Source: a virus
Virus record (IMG/VR): IMGVR_UViG_3300032038_006501
Location: 71,889-85,987 of that record
DNA length: 14,099 nt
Reading direction: 5' to 3' (one strand)
The position numbers and the translations under genes were made by a program. The notes below the pieces were generated by a model. The model did no database searches, was not told the origin of the DNA, and saw nothing but the letters and a program-made list of their open reading frames with translations. This document shows positions 6,400 to 14,099 of the stretch, one piece after another (position 1 is the stretch's first letter; each line of letters starts with the position of its first letter).

Positions 6400-6591
6400 A
6401 TGCTTTTTGGAAATGCTATGGAACGCGCTTTTCTAAAAGTTGGACTTATTAATCACAAACGCAAATCTCGTACTCCTAAAATTCGCACTTTTCCTTGCTA
6501 TAAATGTCAAGGAACTCTGGAAACTATTCCTTATACTAATGTAGCAGCTTGTCAAAATGAAAAGTGTAATAACAGGATTATATTTAATTAG
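6400..6591 (+). CDS. Small zinc-ribbon protein (63 aa)
   Basis: CYKC...(16 aa)...CQNEKC. SD-like GGGGAAAAA upstream. Confidence 0.5.
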   Translation: MLFGNAMERAFLKVGLINHKRKSRTPKIRTFPCYKCQGTLETIPYTNVAACQNEKCNNRIIFN

Positions 6592-6842
6592 TTTTAAATA
6601 GACCATTAAAGTCGTTATGCAAAAGCTAGACTTAGTCTTGGTCAGACTCTTGATTAATCAACTATACAGAGATTAATTAATGTTTGCTGCGGAAGGTAGA
6701 AAAGTTTAATTGTATAGAATTTAAAATAAGCCGCGTAAAAACTTTTCTCGAAGGAAATTTCTTTTAAAGGTTTTGAATAACATGCGTAGTTGGATAATAA
6801 ATGAAAAACCTTTTTCTAATTTATTTTTTATGAAAGGTTAAA
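6592..6842. other. 250-nt non-coding island with several inverted repeats; candidate ncRNA, regulatory element or origin-like element
   Basis: Stop codons in all six frames even under code 4. Paired segments include AGAAAAGTTT (6698-6707) with AAACTTTTCT (6739-6748), CTATACAG with TTGTATAG, and AGTCT-TGGTC-AGACT. It is the only gap longer than 120 nt in this compact stretch. Confidence 0.3.
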
Positions 6843-7031
6843 ATGTACGAAGAATATTATGATGAGTTTGAAGAATTTGATTCTTTTGAAAAAATTTCTC
6901 ATCAAATTCCAAAAGGTTTTAAAGGAAATAAACATTATAAATCAAATCAAGATAAATATAAAGCTCGTCGTAAGGCAAAAACCCAAGAGAAACAAAGAAT
7001 GATAGAAAATCAACAATCTTTTTATGAATAG
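6843..7031 (+). CDS. Small charged hypothetical protein (62 aa)
   Basis: SD AAAGGTTAAA upstream. Acidic N-terminus and basic C-terminus. Confidence 0.45.
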   Translation: MYEEYYDEFEEFDSFEKISHQIPKGFKGNKHYKSNQDKYKARRKAKTQEKQRMIENQQSFYE

Positions 7032-7039
7032 AGGTTGTT

Positions 7040-7828
7040 ATGGAAAGTAATATTAAAAAAAGAGTAAGTCAGCATTTGCGGGAAGCCATAGATAAAGATG
7101 CTGTAACTGAAAAAGGTTGATTTATTATAGCTCCATATGGTTCTATGAATTATGGCTTATATGACTATGATAGTGATGTAGATAGTAAAATTATTAAAGT
7201 TCCTAATATGAAGGAAATTATAAAAAATATAGGCTCACGTGGAAGCTTGACCCGCACGCTTAATTTTAATAATGAAAAAATAGAAATTAAAGATACAAGA
7301 GAATTTTTTCGTATTCTTAAAACAGGTTCTATTAATTTTATGGAAATTTTATTTTCAGATTATATTCAAGTAAATTCTTTATATGAGGAAGAGTGGAATT
7401 TACTTTGTAGCAAAAGAGAAGCTTTAGCTTATGCATATCCTGAAAATACATTATCTTCTTCTCTTGGAATGGCTAAAACAAAATATCGTAATTTAGAGAA
7501 ACAAGATTATGATAATTGTAATTTAAAAGATTTTATGACTCTTATGAGATTAGAATTTTTTGTAAAAAACTATCTTGAAAAGGTTCCTTATAAAAAATGT
7601 ATTACTGTTGAAGATTTACCAGAAGTTCAAGAATTATGGCTAAAATTTAAACATCAAAAAACAATAAATGTTGAAGGTTTTAATCGTATTTTATTAGAAG
7701 CTCAATTAATTGTTTCTAGAATAGCAAGTATGGTAGAAAATAGTAATATGAAAACTGATTATTCTATGGATAATTTTATATATGATATTAATAATAAATT
7801 AATTTTAAAGAGAATTAAGGAGACTTAA
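7040..7828 (+). CDS. Pol-beta-superfamily nucleotidyltransferase (262 aa). The true start is ATG 7040, upstream of the track's 7145, and reaching it requires TGA 7118-7120 read as Trp.
   Basis: SD AGAGGT lies 5 nt upstream of ATG 7040. The N-terminus MESNIKKRVSQHLREAIDKDAVTEKGW FIIAPYGSMNYGLYDYDSDVD carries the hG[GS]-x9-13-DxD nucleotidyltransferase signature (GS...SDVD). Its stop sits immediately before the GTG of the next gene (TAAGTG). Confidence 0.7.
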
Positions 7829-8266
7829 GTGAAAAATCAAATTCTAAAAGATTTTTGGGATGCAGAAAATGGAATTTGTGAACTGGTTGTACTAAATAAA
7901 TGGGGAAAATTTTCCGCAAAAGCAATTTGTTCAAAAGAAGATAAAGATGTTCTTAGTTATTGGACTGGAATTCATCTTTGTGAATATAAAATTTTAATTA
8001 AAACTCTTCAAGCAAAAGCTTTAGCATTTGATCAGCGAGTTATTGGTATTAAACATGCTATTAATGTTTTACACAATATTGATTCTCAAGCTAAATGGTG
8101 TGCAAAAACAAATGGAGATAGCTATTTTAATCTTTGGTGCTGTGTAGAAGCTACTGAACTAGAAGCTAAAAAAATTCGTGCTAAAATTAAAGAACTTAAA
8201 AAAGATTATCCTATTTATGCAGAATATTTAATTAGTTCTAAAAGAAAAATTTCAAATAAAGATTAA
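7829..8266 (+). CDS. Hypothetical 145-aa protein coupled to the nucleotidyltransferase; contains an R-x5-H motif (QRVIGIKHAIN) that could be HEPN-like
   Basis: GTG start with AAGGAG 8 nt upstream. Tightly coupled to the nucleotidyltransferase. No definitive motif; the HEPN suggestion rests only on the R-x5-H motif. Confidence 0.55.
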   Translation: MKNQILKDFWDAENGICELVVLNKWGKFSAKAICSKEDKDVLSYWTGIHLCEYKILIKTLQAKALAFDQRVIGIKHAINVLHNIDSQAKWCAKTNGDSYFNLWCCVEATELEAKKIRAKIKELKKDYPIYAEYLISSKRKISNKD

Positions 8267-8280
8267 AAGGAGTTTTTAAA

Positions 8281-9051
8281 ATGAGTGGTCGTATTTTTGT
8301 AGTAGCTGATATTCATGGCTCTGCGGCCGTAGTAAAAAATATTATTTCTTTAATTGGCAACCCAAGACCGGATGATGTTATTATTGTCGCTGGAGATGCT
8401 GGTTTTGAGTATGGTAAACATATTATGGGTTCTGCAAAAAGGGCTGCTCATAGATTTGTTGGTAAATGGATTGTTATGAGAGGTAATCATGACAATTGTT
8501 ATCAAGATAATCATACTCATTGGGATGAAGAAAAACAAAATTATGATTTAGATGCTGGATGGTCTTGGGCAGAGGATGGATATTCTTTATATCAAAACAA
8601 ATATCCTAATATTTTATATGTTCCTGATAGTGGAGGAATTTTAAAAATTAAAGATTTTAATTTTCTTTTTTGTCCAGGAGCTTATTCTATAGATAAGATG
8701 TATCGTTTAAGAATGAATTATCCTTATAATTTTAATGAGCAGCTATCTGTAGAAGATATGAATAAACTAATTGATATTGTTAAAAATTGGAATAAAAATG
8801 GTTTTGATATTGATTATGTAATTGGACATACTTTTCCACTTTATTTAGAGCGTCACTATCGTGATTTATTCATGTCTGGTATTTCTCAAACCTCTATAGA
8901 TAAAACTACAGAAAAATGGTTAGATATTATCAGTGAAGAATATGAAAGAAATCCTGCTTTTAAACAATATTATGGTGGACATTTTCATAATTCTCGCGTT
9001 TTAGATGATAAATATACTATGGTTTATCAAACTCCAGTTCAAATTGTTTAA
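8281..9051 (+). CDS. Calcineurin-like metallophosphoesterase (256 aa), second copy of this fold in the window
   Basis: VVADIHGS (DxHG), VAGDAGFEYG (GDxx), MRGNHDN (GNHD), IGHTF and GGHFHNS (GHxH). SD AAGGAG upstream. Confidence 0.8.
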   Translation: MSGRIFVVADIHGSAAVVKNIISLIGNPRPDDVIIVAGDAGFEYGKHIMGSAKRAAHRFVGKWIVMRGNHDNCYQDNHTHWDEEKQNYDLDAGWSWAEDGYSLYQNKYPNILYVPDSGGILKIKDFNFLFCPGAYSIDKMYRLRMNYPYNFNEQLSVEDMNKLIDIVKNWNKNGFDIDYVIGHTFPLYLERHYRDLFMSGISQTSIDKTTEKWLDIISEEYERNPAFKQYYGGHFHNSRVLDDKYTMVYQTPVQIV

Positions 9052-9064
9052 ACCTTCTTTCTAA

Positions 9065-9100
9065 TGGTCTAAATTTCATTAAATTTAGGCCATTTTTTTT
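9065..9100 (+). terminator. Rho-independent terminator
   Basis: TGGTCTAAATTT-CATT-AAATTTAGGCCA forms a 12-bp stem (one T.G wobble). A T8 run follows at 9093-9100. Confidence 0.7.
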
Positions 9101-9103
9101 CTT

Positions 9104-9133
9104 TTGACAGTTATTAAAATTTTTTGATATAAT
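9104..9133 (+). promoter_or_regulatory. sigma70-like promoter: TTGACA, 18-nt spacer, TGaTATAAT
   Basis: TTGACA at 9104-9109 and TGATATAAT at 9125-9133. Same architecture as the 5231 promoter, directly after the terminator. Confidence 0.55.
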
Positions 9134-9163
9134 ATAAATAAAGAAAAGAGAGGTGTTAATAAT

Positions 9164-11074
9164 TTGAATAATTTTTATAAAAACGACTCAATTGAGTCAC
9201 TTACTCCACGAGAACATGTTAGACTTCGTCCAGGAATGTACGCGGGAGATACCAGTGATGCAACACAACTTGCAATAGAAATTTTGGGAAATTCTATTGA
9301 TGAGTTTAATATTGGTCATGGAGATTTAATCGAAATTTATATAAATCCCGATTGGATTGATGAACAAAATGTTATTCTAATTCGCGATCATGGTCAGGGG
9401 TTTCCGATAAATGTTCAACGAGATGATGGAGAAACAGTTCTTCAAGCTTCTTTTGATGTTATTAATACTTCTGGTAAATATCGTGATGACGGTGTGTATG
9501 AAGGAACGGCAATTGGTTTAAATGGAATTGGAGCAAAATTAACTAATTTTCTTTCTCATAAATTGAATGTAGTTTCTTTCGATGATGAAGGTAATTTTGA
9601 GTCTATTTTTTTTACAGAAGGAATTTTTGAAAAAAGAGAAACAGGAAAATTAATTCATGCTTCTGGTACAGAAGTAGCTTTTATTCCCAGTGAAGAATTT
9701 TTTACTTCACCTACAATAAATGAGAAAAAGTTAAAAGATTTTTGTGAAGATATTACTTGTTTATGTGAAGGTCTTACTATTATTTTTAATAATGAGACTA
9801 TTAAGCATGAAAATGGTATTCAAGATTTATTAATTAAACATCTTGGTAAAGAAATTGAAATTCTTAATAATCCATTATTTATCCAAGAGAAGAGAAATAA
9901 ACAAGCTATTTCATTAGGACTAACTTATACAAGTAAAGGTTCTTCTACTATTATTCCTTATGTTAATTGTGGATTAACATCATCTGGCCCGCATATTACA
10001 GCTATTAAATCAACAATTACACGTGTTTTAAATAAATGGGCAAAAGAACAAGGAATATTAAAAGCTAAAGATAAAAATTTAGATGGTTCTTCTCTTCAAG
10101 AAGGATTAATTTTAGTTGCTAACATTACAGCAGAAAATGTAGCTTATAATGCTCAAATTAAATCTACAATTACTAAAATTGATACTAGTTTTATAAATAC
10201 TATACTTGCGGAGCAGCTTGAAATTTGGCTTGATAATAATGTTGAAGATGGTACTAAAATTATTGAAAAAGCTCTTATAGCTCGTAAAGCCGCAGAAGCT
10301 GCTAAGAAAGCTAGAGAGCAAGTCAAAAATAAAGCAAATAAATCTGAAAAAAAGAAAAATATTCAACTACCTACAACTTTAACAGATTGTTGGAGCAAAG
10401 ATAGAACAAAATGTGAATTATTAATTTGCGAAGGTAAGTCAGCTGCATCTGGATTAGTAGCAGCAAGAGATAGTGAGATACAAGCAGTTTATGGTGTTAG
10501 AGGGAAAATGTTAAGCGTTTTAAAAACAGCTCCCGCAAATATTTATAAAAATAAAGAAATTAATAATTTAGTTCAAGCTCTTGGATTACCGGTTAATTCT
10601 GCGGATTGTAAATTAACATATGACGCATCTAAACTTCGTTATGGAAAAATTATAGCTTGTGCAGATGCAGATCCAGACGGTTCAGCTATTGAAAACTTAC
10701 TATTTAATATTTTATGGTATATGTGTCCAGAACTAATAATTAATGGTCATGTTTATTCAGCAGTACCACCTCTTTATAAAGTAATTACTAATAAAAATGA
10801 GTATATTTATCTTAAAGGGGATAAAGAGTTAAAAGAATGTCAACAAAATTGTACTATTAAGACGATAAATCGTTTAAAGGGACTTGGCGAAATGGACTCA
10901 ACAGAGCTTAACGAAACTCTATTAGATCCAATCACAAGACAAGTTTTACAACTTGAAGTAAAAGATTTTAAAGAAACTGATAAAATTTTTACAGATCTTT
11001 ATGGTAAAGTAGTTGAACCAAGAATTAAATTTTTACAAGAGCATGGAGAGGAAGCGAGAGCTGATTATGAATAG
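9164..11074 (+). CDS. Type II DNA topoisomerase large subunit, GyrB-like, with ATPase, transducer and Toprim domains fused (636 aa; compare the T2/T6-type fused gp39+gp60)
   Basis: TTG start with GAGAGGTG SD. N-terminus EHVRLRPGMYAGDT resembles GyrB VRKRPGMYIGDT. GHKL ATPase boxes are present: EILGNSIDE, IRDHGQGFP, GLNGIGAKLTNFLS. ARKAAEAAKKARE...LPTTLTDC resembles the GyrB transducer end. Toprim motifs ELLICEGKSAASG and CADADPDGSAI are present. Confidence 0.9.
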   Translation: MNNFYKNDSIESLTPREHVRLRPGMYAGDTSDATQLAIEILGNSIDEFNIGHGDLIEIYINPDWIDEQNVILIRDHGQGFPINVQRDDGETVLQASFDVINTSGKYRDDGVYEGTAIGLNGIGAKLTNFLSHKLNVVSFDDEGNFESIFFTEGIFEKRETGKLIHASGTEVAFIPSEEFFTSPTINEKKLKDFCEDITCLCEGLTIIFNNETIKHENGIQDLLIKHLGKEIEILNNPLFIQEKRNKQAISLGLTYTSKGSSTIIPYVNCGLTSSGPHITAIKSTITRVLNKWAKEQGILKAKDKNLDGSSLQEGLILVANITAENVAYNAQIKSTITKIDTSFINTILAEQLEIWLDNNVEDGTKIIEKALIARKAAEAAKKAREQVKNKANKSEKKKNIQLPTTLTDCWSKDRTKCELLICEGKSAASGLVAARDSEIQAVYGVRGKMLSVLKTAPANIYKNKEINNLVQALGLPVNSADCKLTYDASKLRYGKIIACADADPDGSAIENLLFNILWYMCPELIINGHVYSAVPPLYKVITNKNEYIYLKGDKELKECQQNCTIKTINRLKGLGEMDSTELNETLLDPITRQVLQLEVKDFKETDKIFTDLYGKVVEPRIKFLQEHGEEARADYE

Positions 11075-13166
11075 TATTAATGTTATTTCAGAGATTTCTC
11101 AAAACTTTCTTGATTCATCTCTTGAAACAAATATGAATAGAGCTTTTCCGAATATTTTAGACGGTTTAAAACCCGGTCAACGCGCTTGTATTTGGGAAAT
11201 GTATATAAAGAAATATACAAGCAAAAAACCTCATGTAAAATCTGCTAAAGTAAGTGGTGGTGTTATTGCTGATTTATGGCCACACTCTGATGTAGCTATT
11301 TATGAAACTTTTGCTCGTATGTCTCAACCATTTATTAATAATATTCCTGAAATTGATTGGCATGGAGCAAATGGTAATCCTATTCTTGGTGGAGATGCTT
11401 TAGCAAATCAACGTTATACCGAATGTCGTTTAGCAGCTATTACAGAAGATGGTATGCTTCAAGGAATTAATAAAAATAATGTAGATATGATTCCTAACTT
11501 TAGTGAAGATGCTAAATGGCCTAAGGTATTACCAGCAATCTTTCCTCGTCTTCTTGTTAACGGAGCACAAGGAATTGGAGTATCTTTATCAAATACTTGG
11601 CTTTGTCATAATTTTACCGAAACAGCCCAATTAATTTTTGATTATATCCGCACAGGAATTGTGGATAATGATAATTATTATCCTGATTTCCCAACAGGTG
11701 GAATTATAGTAAATAAAAAAGATTTACCAGAAATTAATAAAACTGGTAAAGGTAAAGTTATTATTGAAAGTAAATATACTATTAATGGAAATGAAATTAA
11801 TTTTTCAGAACTTCCTTATCAAGTATATATTGAACCAGTAATTGATGAAATTAAAAAAGGAATCCAAGAGGGTAAGATTACTGGAATTCAAGAAATTTAT
11901 AATAAATCTGATAAAAATAGAATTCTTTTAACTATTGAGTGTGAAAATAATTATAGTCCAGAACAAGTAGTTCTTCAATTATTTGAAAGCACTAATCTTC
12001 GTAAACAATATAATGCTAATCAAAATGGTATTATTAGTAAAACTCCAATTATGATTACTCTTGAGCAATATCTTCAAGAATATGTTAAACATAATCTTAA
12101 TTGTATTAAAAGAGAATTTCAATATGATTTAAACGAAACAAGTGAAAAAATTGAAATTCTTGAAGGATTAGTAAAAGCTTTAGAAGATATTGATAATATT
12201 ATTCAAACAATTAAACAGAGTAAAAATACTTCAGAAGCTAAAATTAATTTAATTAATAGATTCAATTCTACAGAATTACAAGCAGATGCAATTCTTAAAA
12301 TGAGACTTAGTAAATTAGCAAATATGGAAAAAATTGCTATTAATAATGAGCTCCAAGAGAAAAAGGAATTTGCATTATATTGTGCGGGAATTGTTGAATC
12401 AACAGATAAACAAAAAGAAGTTCTAATTAATAGATTAGAAGAACTTGTTAAAAAATATGGAGACAAGCGCCGCACACAAGTAATTCAAAAAGAAATTGCT
12501 TCTAAAGATAAGAAGAAAAAAGAAAAAGTTATTAAAGATGTAGTTATTACTTATGATGAAAAAGGTTATTTACAAAATATTCCTATTTCTATGTATAAGA
12601 AAATTGGGACTAAAGTAAATGTCCTTAAAATGAAGTCGAATGAATTATTTTTACTTTTCTCTTCTCTTGGACGAATTTTTAAAGTAAGAGCAGAAGAGAT
12701 TAAAGAATGCGGGAATCGAGATAAAGGTCAGGCAGTTGGAACTATTTTAAGCCTCGCCCCGCAAGAAAAGATTCTAAATATTTTTAATATGGGAATAGAT
12801 AAAAAACATCCTTATATTATTTTCTTTACTAAATATGGTTTAATAAAAAAGACTAATAAAGATATTTGGATTACAACAACTCAAAATAAAAAGGGAATGA
12901 AAGGAATTTCTCTTAGAGAAAATGATTCTATTGTAGGAGTTTTTGAAAGCAATGGAGATTTAGCGATTGTTAAAAGTAAAACTCATATTATTAAATTTGA
13001 AGTAGAATTTATTAGAGCTACTAAAAATGGATATGGAGTAAAAGCTATTTCTCTTGATGAAGATGATATAGTAGAAAGTGTAGAGATTATTCCTAAAAAT
13101 TCTATTAAATATAATAATATTAAAGTTCAAAGTCATGGTGGCAGAGGAGTTCTTATTCATGTCTAG
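11067..13166 (+). CDS. Type II DNA topoisomerase subunit, GyrA/ParC-like (T4 gp52-like), with a truncated beta-pinwheel C-terminal domain (699 aa)
   Basis: ATG 11067 overlaps the upstream stop (ATGAATAG). This start is preferred over the track's TTG at 11013 because it leaves a 23-aa lead before NRAFPNILDGLKPGQR (compare T4 gp52 NRAIPNMIDGFKPVQR). The catalytic Tyr context NQRYTECRL resembles GyrA RYTE. C-terminal GyrA-box-like blades are present: KGQAVGTILSL..., KGMKGISLREND..., NGYGVKAISLDEDD. Confidence 0.88.
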   Translation: MNSINVISEISQNFLDSSLETNMNRAFPNILDGLKPGQRACIWEMYIKKYTSKKPHVKSAKVSGGVIADLWPHSDVAIYETFARMSQPFINNIPEIDWHGANGNPILGGDALANQRYTECRLAAITEDGMLQGINKNNVDMIPNFSEDAKWPKVLPAIFPRLLVNGAQGIGVSLSNTWLCHNFTETAQLIFDYIRTGIVDNDNYYPDFPTGGIIVNKKDLPEINKTGKGKVIIESKYTINGNEINFSELPYQVYIEPVIDEIKKGIQEGKITGIQEIYNKSDKNRILLTIECENNYSPEQVVLQLFESTNLRKQYNANQNGIISKTPIMITLEQYLQEYVKHNLNCIKREFQYDLNETSEKIEILEGLVKALEDIDNIIQTIKQSKNTSEAKINLINRFNSTELQADAILKMRLSKLANMEKIAINNELQEKKEFALYCAGIVESTDKQKEVLINRLEELVKKYGDKRRTQVIQKEIASKDKKKKEKVIKDVVITYDEKGYLQNIPISMYKKIGTKVNVLKMKSNELFLLFSSLGRIFKVRAEEIKECGNRDKGQAVGTILSLAPQEKILNIFNMGIDKKHPYIIFFTKYGLIKKTNKDIWITTTQNKKGMKGISLRENDSIVGVFESNGDLAIVKSKTHIIKFEVEFIRATKNGYGVKAISLDEDDIVESVEIIPKNSIKYNNIKVQSHGGRGVLIHV

Positions 13167-14099
13167 TTTATATCCAGAATCTTGGCAAATTCCACCTATG
13201 AAATATTGTTCTAAAGCATCTGATAAAGCCGCAAGACAAGCTTTCGAATCAGGTGATTTTATCATGCAAGAAAAATATGACGGAGCTTTATATCAATTAG
13301 AGAAAACTGATTCTGGATATATTTATTTATTTTCTAGAACAAAATCTCGTAAAACAGGAGAGCTTGTAGAAAAGTCTGATAACTTTCCTCATATTAAGAA
13401 ATGGGCTGAATGGGCTATTCCAAATGGAACTATTCTTGTAGGTGAAATTTATGTAGAAGGTGGACATTCTAATGATGTGACTAAATTATCTGGATGTTTA
13501 CCTCAAAATGCAGTTAAACGTCAGTTTGATTCAAATGAATATGGCGGTCCTGTAAAATATAAAGTATTTGATATTATTAGATTTGCAGGAGAAGATATTC
13601 AAAATAAACCGACTATTGAAAGAATTGATAATTATTTAAATAATACTAGTTTAGATTATTCTTTTTCTGATAGATATGTACAAAGAGTAACTACTTATTA
13701 TGATAATTTTGAAGAACGACTTCAACAAATTTTTAAAAATGGTGGAGAAGGTGCTGTTTTTAAAAATAAAAATTGTCCATATCGTGCGGGAAAACGCTCA
13801 ACTGTATCTCAGGCTTTTAAGTGGAAACAACATTTAGATTCTATTGATTTAATTTGTACAGAATTAATAGACCCAGAAGATTATTATACGGGAAAAGAAA
13901 TTGAAAGTTGGCCTTATTGGATGGAACATTCAAAAACAATTAATAAAGAAAATTTATGGTATCCAATATATGGCTTATATTATGAAAAATATAAAAAACG
14001 CCCGCATGTATATAAACCAGTAACAAAGCCAGCGTATTTTGGTTGGAAAAATGCTATGGCTCTTGGATGCTTTAATAAAAAAGGAGCAATTGTTCATGT
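13159..14099 (+). CDS. ATP-dependent DNA ligase, 3' truncated by the window end (313 codons visible)
   Basis: ATG 13159 overlaps the topoisomerase stop (ATGTCTAG). Motif I is KYDGAL (K-x-D-G). Motif III is LVGEIYV. Motif IV is EGAVFK, followed by CPYRAGKRS. Motif V is AFKWK. The long IV-V spacing with GKRS matches T7-type DNA ligases rather than Rnl1. Confidence 0.8.
   Translation, partial: MSSLYPESWQIPPMKYCSKASDKAARQAFESGDFIMQEKYDGALYQLEKTDSGYIYLFSRTKSRKTGELVEKSDNFPHIKKWAEWAIPNGTILVGEIYVEGGHSNDVTKLSGCLPQNAVKRQFDSNEYGGPVKYKVFDIIRFAGEDIQNKPTIERIDNYLNNTSLDYSFSDRYVQRVTTYYDNFEERLQQIFKNGGEGAVFKNKNCPYRAGKRSTVSQAFKWKQHLDSIDLICTELIDPEDYYTGKEIESWPYWMEHSKTINKENLWYPIYGLYYEKYKKRPHVYKPVTKPAYFGWKNAMALGCFNKKGAIVH

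Noticed and set aside
6592-6842. tRNA gene in the non-coding island
   Set aside because: No 7-bp acceptor stem combined with a TTC-loop cloverleaf could be assembled by eye. It cannot be excluded without tRNAscan or Infernal.
7229-7262. Short GC-rich patch (GGCTCACGTGGAAGCTTGACCCGCACGC) inside the nucleotidyltransferase gene
   Set aside because: It encodes an ordinary peptide (GSRGSLTRT) in frame. It is too short to call an insertion or a regulatory site without comparative data.
8350-8538. Minus-strand ORF (62 aa)
   Set aside because: It is antisense to the metallophosphoesterase-2 gene. Its composition is an Ile/Asn-rich AT artefact.
10112-10366. Minus-strand ORF (84 aa)
   Set aside because: It is antisense to the topo II large-subunit gene. 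Its composition is a Phe/Ile/Asn-rich AT artefact.
11013-11066. TTG start at 11013 for the GyrA-like gene
   Set aside because: It would overlap the upstream gene by 62 nt. ATG 11067 leaves an N-terminal lead before the conserved NRAFPN..DG.KP.QR block matching T4 gp52 in length, and gives an ATGAATAG coupling overlap.
12203-13265. Two minus-strand ORFs (90 and 101 aa)
   Set aside because: Both are antisense to the GyrA-like gene and the ligase start. They have no SD and are low-complexity.

Overview
AT-rich window (~27-30% GC) with every credible gene on the + strand, tightly packed, with strong Shine-Dalgarno sites and three intrinsic terminators each followed by a near-consensus sigma70-type promoter. 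Gene content and layout look like the nucleotide-metabolism and replication region of a phage or prophage of a low-GC, SD-using host (Firmicutes- or Mollicutes-like). Recognised products are ThyX, dCMP deaminase, a DUF2493/DprA-like SLOG protein, a TrmL/TrmH-like SPOUT 2'-O-methyltransferase coupled to a metallophosphoesterase, a Pol-beta-type nucleotidyltransferase coupled to a 145-aa protein and a second metallophosphoesterase, a fused GyrB-like topo II large subunit, a GyrA-like topo II subunit, and the 5' part of an ATP-dependent DNA ligase. The window opens with the 3' end of an LPXTG-anchored, pilin/Cna-B-like surface-protein gene. The main observation is that several genes, ThyX most decisively, are intact only if TGA is read as Trp (translation table 4). 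The provided six-frame track uses the standard code and therefore misses or truncates them. The long replication genes contain no TGA and use TGG for Trp throughout. A ~1.2-kb GC-rich island (about 45-55% GC) carries four small Cys-rich genes linked by a thrice-repeated ~19-nt junction element (GCGAACTTGGAAT...). A 250-nt structured non-coding island lies at 6592-6842. No rRNA, tRNA or CRISPR was found.
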